64,000 nt of DNA from Chiloscyllium plagiosum (GCF_004010195.1 NC_057719.1:9968170-10032169), one strand, 5' to 3'; counted from the first letter of the stretch, positions 49,667 to 63,560 are shown. Program-made: numbers and translations. Notes: generated by a model not told the origin, from the letters alone.

Positions 49667-50737
49667 AAGGACAGTAGTAAGGGGGATAGCTACAAAGAAA
49701 TGCGGAGAAATACATTTTGAAGTGCCTATTTACTCAATGGCATTAATTCATGTGACCTACCCTACCCTTTATCTCCCCTGTACATCCCAAACACATTGCC
49801 TAAGGTGCACGAGTAAATGCTGAAGTAATTTCTTCCACATTTGTCATTAATTATCAAAGCGCAGTATCCATGACTTGCCAGTCTATTCTGTCACAGTTCA
49901 CCAATCAAACCCAGGACATTGTCCAAGCAACAGATTCATCCACCAAGGTCTAAGCGGTCACAAAGTGCGCAGCACACACACAAACACACAAAATCAAAAA
50001 AAAAGCATCCCTGTTTCCTCAGTAACAAATAAATTCCTGAAGTGTGACAGCTGGCTGCTGAAGCATTTCATTTTCCAAGAACATAATAGTGTCTTATTGC
50101 CCATTATCTGTTCTGTCAGCAGCAGCAGTGTTGATATTAAATGAGGGGCACCTGCATTTAGTTGCCATTTTTCAGCTGTCGACCTGTCGCCATGGAGACA
50201 GAAGGAAGATCAGTGGGAAACAGGGACATTTATCATGCACCTGAATCCGATACGTTAAATAAATACCATTTAAAAAGGAAAACACTGCTACTCATTTGAT
50301 CCAACTGAAAAAATACTTGGGATAATTTAATGCATTTTCTCACCTAGGTTTAAAATTGAAGAATACCAAACCCATTTTTTTGATTGTAGAATGGTTTCTA
50401 ATCCTGTCACTCTGTAGATATTGTCTCAGCAATGCTTAAAGCTGTATTAGTACTTATTCAGAGTCTCTTCATCAAGTGTAAATCATTTGATATATTTGAG
50501 ATTAACCTGAGCTATAGGCAAGATGCCTAATTATCAGGCACGGGCGTGCATCAAATTGATCATTTAAGGCCTTTTCCTTTGCTGCGCTTTGCTCCCACTA
50601 GGAACCTCTTTTCACTTAAACCACTTATACCTGTCAGAGAGAGGGAGAACGTGCAACCTAACAGTCTGGATTTGAACAAAGATGTTTGAAAGTCATTTTT
50701 TAACTGTGCTCCAGTCAACAGCAGAACAGCTGCACTG

Positions 50738-51395
50738 TGGGCGGCATGGTGGCTCAGTGGTAGCCCTGCTGTCTCACAGCGCCAGGGACCAGGTTCAATT
50801 CCAACCTTGGGTGACTGTCTGTGTGGATTTGCACATTCTCCCCATGTCTTTGGGATTCCTCTGGGTGATCCAGTTTCCTCTCACAATCTAAAGATGTGCA
50901 GGTTAGGGTGGATTGGCCATGCTAAATTGCCCCCATAGTGTCCAAGGATGTGCAGGCTAGGTGGGTTAGCTAGATTAGATTAGATTACTTACAGTGTGGA
51001 AACAGGCCCTTCGGCCCAACAAGTCCACACCGACCCGCCGAAGCGTAACCCACCCATACCGCTACATTTACCCCTTTACCTAACACTACGGGCAATTTAG
51101 CATGGCCAATTCACCTGACCTGCACATCTTTGGACTGTGGGAGGAAACCGGAGCCCCCGGAGGAAACCCACGCAGACACGGGGAGAACGTGCAAACTCCA
51201 CACAGTCAGTCGCCTGAGTCGGGAATTGAACCCGGGTCTCTGGCGCTGCGAGGCAGCAGTGCTAACCACTGTGCCACCGTGCCGCCCACTACTTAGCCTT
51301 GGGAAATGCAGGATTACAAGGATAGGATGGGAAGCTCTTCAGAGAGTCGGTATGGATCGAATGGCCTGTTTTTAGACTGTTGGGATTTTATGAGC
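50738..51395 (+). mobile_element. HE1 interrupted by a young full-length inverted HE1 (50971-51288, minus)
   Basis: Inner copy is CpG-rich with a (ttaga)n tail; the outer copy resumes at ttagccttgggaaatg. Confidence 0.9.
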
Positions 51396-52271
51396 TATAA
51401 TCTTGGATCATGTTTTCAAGGGCTGTTGTAGCACAGTAGTAGTGGCCCTATCCCTGAGCCAGGGGAGCTGGGTTCAAGCCCCATCTGTTCCAGAGATGTG
51501 TAATGATATCTCTAAACATTAGAAAATAGGTTTAAAATAAAATTAAATGACAGAAGGAGTGGTTGGGGGAAGGAACTCAACTTTAGTCAGGGCCAATAAA
51601 GACAGAATATCAAACACCCATGACAGAATCACAGAGGGAAACAGTAAGTTTAGCATAGAGCCCTTCAATTATAATAACAGTAAAATACTATAGATGCAGG
51701 AAATCTGAAACAAACCCAGTGAACGCTCAAGATCTGACCGCATCTGTGCAGAGAGAAGCAGGTTAGCGTTTCGAGTCCAGTTCTTTAGAGTCAATTTGTG
51801 ACAGCCAATTGAGCAGCTTTACTAAAGTTACATCCCACGCTCTAAAAATGGACAGTGAGACTCCCTTTGCTTCTTTTTACTGATTTTCTTTACGTACCCA
51901 CAGGACATTGTCAGAAAAGTTGATATTTTGTTCACCCATCCTTAATTGCCCTTGAGAAAGGCGAGCAGTCAAATGGCTTTCTAGGCCATTTCAGAGGGCA
52001 GAGGAGGATTGTTGAGGGTCTGCAGTCATGTGAAGACCATACCAGGTCAGGAAAACAGATCTCCTTCTCTTAAGGACCACAATGCACCAGATGGGCTTAA
52101 TGGCAGTTTCATGGTCACTATCACTGATACTAGCTTATTGTATTCAGACTGATTTAATTATCTGAATATGAACTGCCCAGCTGTCATGGTGGGATTTGAT
52201 CTGATAGGTCTAGATCACTAGCCCAGTCCCTGGAATGGCTAGTCCAGAAGCTCAAACATGATGCTTGTGTT

Positions 52272-52476
52272 GGGCAAAAGTGAGGACTGCAGATGCTGGA
52301 GATCAGAGTCTAGATTAGAGTGGTGCTGGAAAAGCACAGCAGGTCAGGCAGCTCTCCATTTCGAAGGCTCCCTGCCTTCATTCCTGATGAAGGGCTTTTG
52401 CCCAAAACATCGATTTTCCTGTTCCTTGGATGCTGCCTGACCTGCTGTGCTTTTTCAGCACCACTCTAATCTAGAC
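52272..52476 (-). mobile_element. PLE family A insertion with 15-bp TSD
   Basis: TSD catgatgcttgtgtt at 52257-52271 and 52477-52491. Confidence 0.9.
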
Positions 52477-52629
52477 CATGATGCTTGTGTTCTCTACCCT
52501 TCTCTTCCTTCTGCCCCTTTCTGAAAGGGTTTACAGGGATGGCTGGTCTCCATCAACTCAACTATTCATCATTCTAAGTGGAGAGAGTTATCAAGCTTCA
52601 CAACGCAGGAGCCTCCAAGTTGAGAACAA

Positions 52630-53262
52630 TCCTACATTCTATCCGCAAGAAAAGAGCCTGAGCTTCCCACCACCTGCCACTTCAACACACCACCGTGTTC
52701 CCTGGCCAACGTCTCGGTCTCGGGCTTGCTGCAGTGCTCCCGTGAAGCTCCACGCAAGCTGGAAGAACAGAATCTCAGCTTCTGCTTGGGAGCCCTGCAT
52801 CCTTCTGGGCTCAATAGCGAGTTCAACAATTTTAGAGTTCGAGCACCTTCTCCCATGCTTTCCCCAACCTCCACACAGCAAACCACACATGTTACGGCCA
52901 CAAACCACCCATTGTCAGTCACTAATAGTCCCCTTTAGCAGCTGTTCGATCCTCCAGGCTGGCCTTTATCCACTCCTTTGTGTGTCCAACTGCTTTTCTC
53001 ACTCTTTGGCTCTATCGCCATCTATCATTTACTCTTTACCCCCTTCCCCCCCCATCACCACCCCCCCACCAAAACAATCCCCACTCCATCCTTTCTATAA
53101 AAACCATGCTCTGTCCTAGCTACCACCAATTCTGAAGAAGGATCACTGGATCCGAAATGTTAGCTCTGATTTCTCTTCACAGATGCTGCCAGATCTGCTG
53201 AGATTTTCCAGCAATTTCTGATTTTGTTTCAGATTTGTAGCATCTGTGGTTTTTTCATTTTT
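52630..53262 (+). mobile_element. PLE 3' end: ORF C-terminus followed by family D terminal repeat
   Basis: CHFNTPPCSLANVSVSGLLQCSREAPRKLEEQNLSFCLGALHPSGLNSEF, then hammerhead core. Confidence 0.85.
53128..53165 (+). ncRNA. Hammerhead motif, family D
   Basis: CTGAAGA-a-ggatc actg gatcc-GAAA-t-GTT. Confidence 0.65.
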
Positions 53263-54392
53263 TTTAGAACAATCCTGCTGGTAGTATACGCAGACCACCA
53301 GCAGTGGTTACAAGATAGTGTTCAGGAGGTGTAAAATCCAGGTGTTAATTCCCCATAGCATACAGTTATTAGAAAGCAGAACCTCCAATATAATGAAGGA
53401 AACCTGCAGCGTGGGAGAATTCCTGGCTCTTGCGATCGGGAGTTCAGCTCTACAGAAGGAAATGATGGAGTGTTTTCTCTTTAAACAATTGCCTAGCACA
53501 ATTTTAAGCCTTTTTCTCCTGATGGCTGCAGGTGGGTTCGTGCTGAATGTTTGCCCCTCAGTGATTGTAGAAATAGTGAAAACAGCATGACACAAACATC
53601 CTGTATCACAGTACTGCCACTGTGCCCCATGCTGGAGTGACTGCCATAGATGGTGGTAGAACTAACAATTAGGCACATTTCTTTGTGCTAGATGATGTTG
53701 AGATTCTCACATTTTGTTGATCCTGAGATCACCCAGAAAAACTGAAAGTTTTAATTCAACAGTTTTGGGATCTGAGCATCGCTGGCTGGGCCAGCATTTA
53801 TTGCCCATCCCTAGTTGCCCTTGAGAAGGTGGGGTGGGAGCTACCTTCTTGGATTGCTGCAGCCCATGTGCTGTAGGTAGACCCACAATGCATTAGGAAG
53901 GGAATTCTGGTCTTGTGACCCAGCAACAGTACATGGCAATGTATATCCAAAACGTATATCCAACTCAGGACGGTGAGTGGCTTGCAGGGAACCTGCATGT
54001 GATGATGGTCAAAAGTCTCGCTGCCCCTGTCCTTCTAGCTGGTAGTGGCTGTGCTTATGGAAAGTGTAACTAAGGACCTTAGCTGAATTTCTGCAGTGCA
54101 TCTTGTAGATGGTACACACTGAGGGTTGGTGGTGGAGGGACTGAATTTTTGGGAAGTGGTTCCAATTGAGCTTATTCCATCTTCCATCACTCACTGACTT
54201 GTGCCTTGTGGATGCTGGACAGGCTTTGGGGAAATCAAAAGATGAGTAACTTGTTGCAGAGTTCGTAACTTCTGACCCACCATTGTGTCCTCAGCACTTA
54301 TCTGGCTGGTCCAGTTGAGATTTCAGCCAATGGCAACCTCCAAGATGTTGATGGTGAGGGAAGGCAGCAATGGTAATGCCATTGAATATCAA

Positions 54393-55100
54393 TGATGGGG
54401 AGGTGCCAGTGTTGGACTGGGGTGGACAGAATGAAAAATCACACAACAGCAGGTTATAGTCCAATAGGTTTATTTGAAATTGCAAGCTTTTGGAGCACTG
54501 CTCATTCATCAGACAGCTACTGGGGCAGGATCATAATTCTGTGTCTTATGATCTTGCGCCACTAGCTACCTGATGAAGGAGTAGCGCTCCGAAAGCTAGT
54601 GCTTCTAAATAAACCTGTTGGATTATAACCTGGTGTTGTGTGATTTTTAATTTTATCTACCCCAGTCCAACACCGGCACCTCCAAGACATGATAAAATAT
54701 GAGAAGACATAACAGAAAACGACCACAGGATGTGTACTTGAACTGTAATGTGGAGGTGCCAGTGTTGGACTGGAGTGGACAAAGTCAGAAATCGCATGAC
54801 ACCAAGTTATAGTCCAACAGGTTAATTTAAAATCACAAGCTTCGCCTGATAAAGGAGCAGTGCTCTGAAAACTTATGATTCAAACAAACCTGTTGGACTA
54901 TAACCTGGTGTCAAGTTTTGGGCAGGGGCCCTTCATTAGCAGTGATTCCTGATGAAGGGCTCTTGCCCAAAACGTCGACGTTCCTGCTCCTCGGATGCTG
55001 CCTGACCTGCTGTGCTTTTCGAGCACCACTCTAATCTTGACTCTAATCTCCAACATCTGCAGTCCTCACTTTCCCCTATAACCGAGTGTCATATGACTAT
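54393..55100. mobile_element. Cluster of family C hairpins (54393-54690, 54747-55100) with nested family A copy (54914-55075)
   Basis: The nested copy is flanked by ctataacc(tg/ga)gtgtca at 54898-54913 and 55076-55091. Confidence 0.85.
54567..54601 (+). ncRNA. Hammerhead motif, family C
   Basis: tac-CTGATGA-a-ggagt agc gctcc-GAAA-g-CTA^gtg; palindromic AGCT stem III; AATAAA just downstream. Confidence 0.75.
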
Positions 55101-57324
55101 TTGAACTGTAGATTAGCCCAAAATTTGCCAAGAAGAAAATCAAATGGACTGGTATTCTAAATCAATCTCCCCTTTAATACTTTAACAGGAGTGTTTGATA
55201 TTTGACCATCTTTCTTATCCTTCATGTCCCTTTTGGATTTGTGATTCTTTGAAGCAGAGTTGAAAGTACATTAGCTTCTAGCAAACCCTTTTTTTATCTT
55301 CTCTGTAATTACCTTTTCGTATTTTTTTATTTATGTCCTGATGGATACCTTTACAGCTCACTATTCATTAATAATGCAGTCCATCCATTTGTTCGGGCTT
55401 GACTGCTACTTCACAAAAGGAACTAACTTGCAATCACTTACTTTGGATATCCTGAGGATTTTGAGAAGGTGTGATACAAATATGGTTTCAGATTGTCTGT
55501 GAAGGAGATGGGGGTGCATCACAGTCTCAGAATACAGAGTTCAAAGATCAGGAATGATAGTCAAAAAAAAGTCTTTCAAAGCAATCTAACACAATAAGTT
55601 ATGGATTGTTGAGTATTTTCAAAGCAAAAATCAATAGATGTTTGGATTAGAAGTGAATCAAGGAATGTGGGGAATAGATGCAATTGAGGCAGTAGATTTC
55701 ACTAAATGATGCAGAAAGCTTGACGGGCCATATTCCTTGCAGCGAATTCTTACACTTTTTTTTAAAAAATGAAATCTTACATTAAATGCAGCATGACTAT
55801 AAGCTTTTTGGACAAATCAAGTTTTTTTTATAACTTAATTACACACTGAAGCACAAGTTTAGCTTCAGGGCACAAATATTTATAATAATCCAAGATATCT
55901 TGTTTAATGTATTCATGGAATGCAGGCATTGCAAAGCCAGATGTCTCAGAGTTAGTATTGCTCAACACGGTTAGTATTGCTTTCACAATCTCAGCCAAGA
56001 ACGTTGTGGGTTCAAGTCCCATTCCTGAATGTTGAGCAACAGTGTTCAAAGTATATTAATACATAAAACGGAAATCATTATCTTGTCTTTTTGTAGTGAC
56101 TGGATTAATGGCGAAGGTTATGTTTCTGTGTTTTCTATATCTCCCCACTGCTTGAGCACCATCTTCAAGGCACAGGTTTAGGAGTATGATAGAATACTCT
56201 CCACTTGCCTGGATGGGTAGAGCTCCAACAACACTCAAGAGATTTCACATCATCTTGGACAATGCAGCCTACTTGTTTGGCACAGTGGTAGCAGTGTGTA
56301 CCATCTATAAGAGTGCACTGCAGTGATGCACTAAGTCTCCTTCAATTGCATCTTCCAAAGCCATAACCTCCACCCAGAAGGACAAGGACAGCAGGTAAAT
56401 GGTCATCACCGTTTACAAGTTCCACTCCAGGTCACACACCATCCTGATTTGAAACTATATTATCATTCTTTCACTGTCATGAGTCAAAATCCTAGAACTC
56501 CCTTCCTAATCGCAGCTTACCCTAACACCTGAAAAGGTTCCAGACAGTAGCTCACCACTTCCTTCTCCAGTAAATTGAACATAGGCACAAAAATGCGACT
56601 TTAGCTAGCAATTTCTGTTTCCATGAACAAATCCTTTTCAAAAATCAACAAAAAATATCTCAAGATATTACAAATATTTGTACAGTGAAGCTTACCTTAT
56701 ATTTGTGTGCAATTAACAGTTATAAAAAAATGTTTTTAGCATGATGACACATTTCTTAATGAACACAATGTGTTAAATTTTCCACTGAGCTGGAGCTAAC
56801 AGGGTACCACAAGTAGCAATTCCAATTTTATTACTGCACTGTTGATTTTCCATTATTAGAGAGAAGCTACACCTTAGCTTGGGGAAGTTAATTTATCTTC
56901 AAGATGCTGATGATATCATGCACGTCAGTAATGTCATACAACCTGATGTTTTGCATGTTACCTCACTTGAAGCATTTGTGTTAATTCAGCAACTTCATAC
57001 CATAAGGTTTCATATCAAATCCTGAATCTTCTTACAATCAAACTAGGCACCTGATTCAACCTGGAATCTGAAGGATGAAGTGTGATAATTTGGTCAAAGA
57101 TCTCAAAAGCGTGTGGGGGAGCTCATGATGGAGACTGGGAGAAACTATTCTTGCTCATTGCTGAGTACAGGATGAGGTACCATAGACAAAACTCAAGTCT
57201 TTCGGGGTGAAATTAGGTAACACTTGTTCACCAAACAGTTTTGGAAATTTTATTCATAAATGGCAACTGATGGTAGATCAATCACTAATTTTGAAAATCA
57301 GATTAATGAATATTTTGCAACCCA

Positions 57325-57552
57325 CGCTTCTTCCCTGCCGTTATTAGACTGATGAATGGACTTTCTAACTTCAAATAATGCTGATCTTGCTAATGTTGAT
57401 CTTGCCTCATGCATCTGTAAGCCTCTGTTCCATTTGTCACCCAATAATCTATATGTCCTTGCTTACTATGATGTGCCTGTACTGCTCATGAACAAAGCTT
57501 TACAACGTACTGAGGTCCATGTGACAGTAAAGAAATCAAATCAAAATCAAAA
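57325..57552 (+). mobile_element. Rex1/Babar 3' end with (aaatc)n tail
   Basis: gcttcttccctgccgttattagactgatgaat (FFPAVIRLMN) matches the 34480-34520 reverse sequence. Confidence 0.7.
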
Positions 57553-57778
57553 AATGATATAGAGAGAAGGATGTGGAGTGAGATCGTTGAGCCGCCGTAA
57601 CTTCCAGCAAGGACACAATGGGCCAAATGGCCTCATTAACTGGCAAAAAGGTTTAGGAGGCTAAATGGCCTTGTCCTGTTTCCATATTGTGACTTTGCAC
57701 TGTCAAGTTCAGTATCTAACTCAAATTGGCTCAGTTGTTGCTCAAAGCTCCATTGTTGCGAGTGACACACTTAATTAG

Positions 57779-58008
57779 TAGTCAAGATTAGAGTGGTGCT
57801 GGAAAAGCACAGCAGGTCAGGCAGCATCCGAGGAGCAGGAAAATCGACGTTTTGGGGAAAAGCCTTTCATCAGGAAGGTTCCTGATGAAAGGTTTTTACC
57901 CGAACCATCGATTTTTCTGCTCCTTGGATGCTGCCTGACCCGCTATGCTTTTCCAGCACCACTCTAATCTTGTCTCTGATCTCCAGTATCTGCAGTCCTC
58001 ACTTTCAC
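57779..58008 (+). mobile_element. PLE family A palindromic insertion with degenerate 12-15 bp TSD
   Basis: ~95-bp arms meeting at caggaa-gg-ttcctg; caca(c/t)ttaatta at 57766 and 58009. Confidence 0.9.
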
Positions 58009-58154
58009 CACATTTAATTAATATAACTGCAAAAGAATAAAATGGTCTGAAATAAACAGGAGATAAAATAAACAAAACATCATAAAGTTTAATGCTGACC
58101 AGCCATCCTGTCTGCTTGCTGAATTTTTGAAATAACTATCTATCTGATTGTACA

Positions 58155-58710
58155 GCAGGTTTAAGAGCAAGGAGGTCATGTCAGAACTGCACACAACCTT
58201 AGTTAGGTCATAGCTGTAGTGCTGTTCGAGTCACCACATGATAGGAAAGACATAATTGCATGGGAGGGGGTGCAAAGGCAATTCACCAGGATGTTGCCTC
58301 GTTTCAGATATGAAGAGAGGCTGGATAAGCTCGGATTGTTTCCTTCGGAGCAGGTAAGGTTGAGAGAGCTGATTGAGGTATGTAAAGAGGGACATGGATA
58401 GGGTGGACAGAAAGCACCTGTTCCTCGTCATTGAAGGGTCAATAACAAGGGGACTCCACAATTTAAAGTGAAAGGCTGGAGGTGGGGAAAAGTATTTTCA
58501 TGCAGAGGGTACTGAGGTCTGGAATGCTCTGTCTGGGAAGGTAGTTGAGGCAGGAAACCTCATAATCTTTAAAACGTATGTGGATGACACTTGAAGTGTC
58601 TTAACATTCAGGGCTATAGCAAGTGGGACCAGTGTAGGTTATAGTGTATTTCTGGCAGTACAAACTCAGTGGGCCAAATGGCCTCTTCTATATATGATTC
58701 TCTGATTCTG
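58155..58710 (+). mobile_element. CR1 3' fragment
   Basis: RKDIIAWEGVQRQFTRMLP. Confidence 0.8.
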
Positions 58711-59821
58711 TGGTGTTTATGATCTAGAATGCACTTTGTAAATGGCTGGAGGAAGCAGGTTCAATCTTAAATTTCAAAAGAGAATTAAAAGTGAGGCAAT
58801 TTGTAGGACTGTCTGGAAATTGTTTGGGGAGGGCTAGTTGGATAGGTCTTGGTGATGCTGGCATGAGCCCTGTGGGGTCAATGCGATTGGAGAATGATAC
58901 ATCACAATGTGAGATGTAAAGGTCAGGAAGAATTACTGTTTTGTGTTCCCCCTTTTAAGCATGTTGCTATGTAAAAATCCAGTCATTTACAACAAAAAAA
59001 AGTGAAGAAAATACAAGGAAAGCTATTCTCAGATACTTTCTGCTTGCCAGAAATAGTCTTCAGTACAGAGATTTAAGAGGTTCAAGGATAGTAAGTAAAA
59101 TATAAACTCTTAGCTTAGCAAAACTAAATTCTCATAAATCTGTCCAGCATCAACGTAATAATTCTTGTCATAGATGCATTGAGGGGGAAGCTGGCTAAGG
59201 CATGAGAACAGTAAATGCTGGGAATACTCAGTAAGTCTGGCAGTACCTGTGAACTGAAAAACAGAGTTAACATTTCAAACCAATCATGTCCCTTCATATT
59301 CAACTTGAATCATTACCTCTGTCTTCTCTCTCTCCACAGATGCTGCCAGACCTGCTGAGTGCTTCCAGCACTTTATGCTTTTGTTTCAGACTTCCACAAT
59401 ATTTTGTTTTTCAGTTAGGTGGGGAGCACAATTAAAAACGAGAGAAAATACTACAGCACTACAGGAGAAGAGCTGGAGGAATGATCTGTAATAAAGCCAG
59501 TGGAGAAACAATGGACTGAACTGTTTCCCTTTTGTGGTAGACAACATAGTACCATGCTAAATACATGAGGGAGGAAGGATGAGAAAGATATGCTGATACA
59601 GTTAAAAACAATAGACTGTGGAAATGCTTATGTTAAGTTTGCACATTGCCAGGGACCATGATCTGTTCCTGTAACATATATTCCATGTGATTAACTCTGC
59701 CTTTGAAACATACAATCGTCCTCTGGGGAGAAGTCAGAAATCCAAAGTGGAAATTACTTAGGAATTCTGGTCTTCAGTCAAGATTCTGTAGTGGGGCTGG
59801 CTGAGCTGGAGTCACCTCCTA

Positions 59822-60122
59822 CAGAAGGTTGAAAGGATGCCGGCCTTGAAGAAGTTTTCCTCCTCTCTCTATAAGAATCTCAGTGAGCCCCTCTCCCACT
59901 GCAACTCCCAGGTCATTTACTCTATGCTACTTTCTCCCCAACCCCACCCTCCACTCATTTATCTCTCCACCCTTCAGGCACTCAGCCTGTATTCCTGACG
60001 AAGGGCTATTGCCCGAAACGTCGATTTTCCTGCTCCTCGGATGCTGCCTGAACTGCTGTGCTTTTCCAGCACCACTCTAATCCAGAATCTGGTTTCCAGC
60101 ATCTGCAGTCATTGTTTTTACC
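59822..60122 (+). mobile_element. PLE family A terminal repeat with hammerhead core (59992-60024)
   Basis: ttcCTGACGAagggctattgcccGAAAcGTCga; tail identical in type to 21140-21193. Confidence 0.8.
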
Positions 60123-60229
60123 TAGAATGCTGGAGCCACAAGTCAGATGATTGAACATAGATTCAGAGTCAGCCAGTCTGTCACTGAAATACTTAAAAAG
60201 GAGTGCATTTTATTAATTTTCGTTTGTTC

Positions 60230-61150
60230 TTAGAATTGTAGAATCCCTACAGTGTGGAGGCCACCCAGCCCATCATACCACACCAACTTTCCAAAAAGCA
60301 TCCCGCCCAGATTCAGGCTAATTAGATTACTTACAGTGTGGAAACAGGCCCGTCGGCCCAGCAAGTCCACACCAACCCTCCGAAGAGCAACCCACCACAC
60401 CCATTCCTCTACATTTACCCCTTCACCTAACACTAGGGGCAATTTAGCATGGCCAATTCACCTGACCTGCACATTTTTGGGCTGTGGGAGGAAACTGGAG
60501 CACCCGGAGGAAACCCACGCAGACACTGGGAGAATGTGCAAACTCCACACGGACAGTTGCCTGAGGCGGGAATTGAACGCGGGTCTCTGGTGCTGTGAGG
60601 CAGCAGTGCTAACCACTGTGCCACCGAGCCTGCACATGCCTGGACACTATGAGCAAGCTAATGCTTCTGGGGCAGAAGTTTATTTATAATACGACCATAC
60701 GTTTCCAATGTACTTTGACAGAGCATCCTACCATACAACATTCTATCATCCAACAGCACTTTGTGTTCTTTTTTGCTGAGAAAATCAAATAAACTCTATT
60801 ACATTATGGGCAAATTGACAAGTCATTTCAAACAGTAGATTAGATTCCATACAGTATGGAAACAAGCCCTTCAGCCCAACAAGTCCACACCGACCCTCTG
60901 AAGCGTAACCCATCCAGACCCATTTCCCTCTGAATAATGCACCTAACACTATGGGCAATTTAGCACGGCCAATTCACCTGAGCTGCATATCTTTGGACTG
61001 TGGGAAGAAACTGGAGCACACGGAGAATACCCACGCAGACGCAGGGAGAATGTACAAACTCCACACAGACAGTCGCTTGAGATTGGAATAAAATCTGGGT
61101 CCCTGGCGCTGTGAGGCAGCAGTGCTAACCACTGAGCCACCGTGCCACCC
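60230..61150 (-). mobile_element. HE1 copies: older 60230-60650 with nested 60321-60626; separate copy 60836-61150
   Basis: HE1 head, V-domain and tail. Confidence 0.9.
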
Positions 61151-61639
61151 TAGATACATAGAATTACAGAATCCAATCTGTGTTCCTCACACTCACAAAA
61201 CAGCCTACCTTTGAAGGTAGATAGATGTGTCGCATTATACCAATCAATCCTCAGACTTATTGTACATGGGAACCCAGGTCAAGTTGAATCGTCAGGTGAA
61301 GTTAAAGGACGGTCCAAGGTGTGTCGATGCAAGTTGATTCTGGAATGTATGAGTAGTTTTTCGTAGCTTTCTGCTTGATCTGTCTTCTGTTTATTTATTA
61401 CCCAACAAATATTGAACGTGGTTCACTGACGTCTCATGATCAGACAAAAATATTTGAAGTCAAACCTCTGAGAAATCTGATATATAACATATAGAAGGAA
61501 GGTTCTGCCTTAGCCCACACAATCAGATGATCCTCAATGGGTTAGCTCTCTCAATAAATATCTAAAGGTTTTGGCCAACCAGAGATTAAAGTAGGAACAT
61601 GGATGAACCTATAGTGGCTACAAGGGCAGATCAGAGGCT

Positions 61640-61866
61640 AGAGCTGAAAATGTGTTGCTGGAAAAGCGCAGCAGGTCAGGCAGCATCCAAGGAGCAGGAG
61701 AATCGGCGTTTCAGGCATGAGCCCTTCTTCAGGAATCATTCCTGAAGAAGGGCTCATGCCCGAAACGTCGGTTCTCCTGCTCCTTGGATGCTGCCTGACC
61801 TGCTGCACTTTTCCAGCAACACATTTTCAGCTCTGATCTCCAGCACCTGCAGTCCTCACTTTCTCC
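61640..61866 (+). mobile_element. PLE family A near-perfect 195-bp palindrome (1-nt loop at 61737) + 32-nt tail, 15-bp TSD
   Basis: TSD cagatcagaggctag at 61627-61641 and 61867-61881; hammerhead core 61738-61772. Confidence 0.92.
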
Positions 61867-62619
61867 CAGATCAGAGGCTAGGATTAATGTAGCGAATAAC
61901 TCATCTCCTGACTCCCCACCATCTACAAAGCATAAGTCAAGAGTGTGATGGAATACTCCCAACTTACCTGGATGGGTGCAGCTCCAAAATCATTCAAGAA
62001 GCTTGATACCATTCGGGACAAAGCAGCCCAATTGATTGGTATCACATCCACAAGCATCCATTCCCTCCACCACCGATACTCAGTAGCAGTAGTGTGTACT
62101 ATCTACGAGATGCACTACAGAAATTCATGAAAGATCCTTAGACAGCACCTTCCAAACCCACTACCATTTACCTTTAGAAGGACAAGGGCAGCCGATACAT
62201 GGAAACATTACCATTTGTGTGCCCCCCTCCAAGCCAATCACCACCATCCTGACTTGGAAATATATTACCGTTCCTTTACTGTGACGGGGTCAGAATCCTG
62301 GCATTCTCTCCCTCAAGGCATTGTGGGTCTACCTACAGAACATGGACGGCAGCAGTTCAAGAAGGCAGCTCAACACCACCTTCTTGAGAACAATTAGGGA
62401 CAGGCAATAAATGCTGGCCCAGCCAATGGTGCCCATGTTCCATAAATAAATTAAAACAAATATTCTTGGCAATTCAGTTGCAATGCAATATGCAATTGTT
62501 GCAAGGTGAAATGGGACACACTACGCATAATGATTCTGACCATCTAAGATCATTGAGTAGCAATAATACATCAGATCTCTGAAGTTCTCACTTTTTTTAT
62601 AGTGAGTTAGTTGCATGGG

Positions 62620-63560
62620 CAATGGGCCTGTTCTTGAGGGTTACAGGAAAGATGTTGTTAAATCACCTTATCTTTAGCAATGAAATGGATGTGTAACACA
62701 CCAGATCCTTGTTGGTCTAAGAGTGAATCAATGCAATTTTATCAAAGTCTATGGGGAATAATGCAGCTAACATTTTGGAAATCTTGTTAGACACAATAAT
62801 ATACCCACGTTTACTTATGGTGAGTGCACCAGTAATCTGAATGGTCCAGTGGAATTTCATATCTGAGTTGCACATTGCACTGGCATTAGATTTCTAAACT
62901 GACCTTTTCAGGTATTAGAAGGTGCACAAAAAGATCTCTAACAGTCTCTGTAAATTTGATTTCTGCTACTTTCATAATTGACCTAGCTGCAGATGTTCAG
63001 GGAATGGCTGACAAGTTCTCACGAGATGCTAGAATTTGGGACAACAAAAGAAGAGGAACTTCAGATAGCAAATCAAAATGCACTTGGGGGAACAGACCAA
63101 GCTCGAGCAGATGCCTCTAGCTCAGATGGATGACATTTAATGCACTTGTGCAAGTCAATGCGAAGTCTAATTACAAACTATGTGGCAACAAATTAAAATC
63201 AATTGCAAACCAAAGGGGTCATAGCATTATTGCCTGTCTCCCAGGTTTTATGATTATTGTTGAGATACTGTAGCCAAACAATTTGGTTAAATAACAGAAG
63301 CATTGAATGCAATTAAACACGCTCTTTGTCTTGGCACTGGTTCTCAGCTAATATGCATTTGAAATATTAAATGCAACTTCAATCTTCTCACTATGTAGGT
63401 GGTTGGGAAGCTTTAGGAAACTTGGACAGAAGGGTCAAGAGAATCATTGTCAACTTTAAAGACCTTAGGTATTCAGAATGACTTGAAAGGTTGGATCTAA
63501 TGCATAGACTTTAGGAATACTAAATAGTTCTTGGACTTGACTACATCTTTCATGGGAGGC
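62620..63560 (+). mobile_element. Very old CR1 RT fragment
   Basis: DLAADVQGMADKFSRDARI resembles NDL...SKFADDTK; degraded downstream CR1 motifs. Confidence 0.5.

Noticed and set aside
61706..61771. A-to-G differences in hairpin arms (61706, 61771, 11269) as ADAR footprints
   Set aside because: Only three sites; indistinguishable from ordinary transitions
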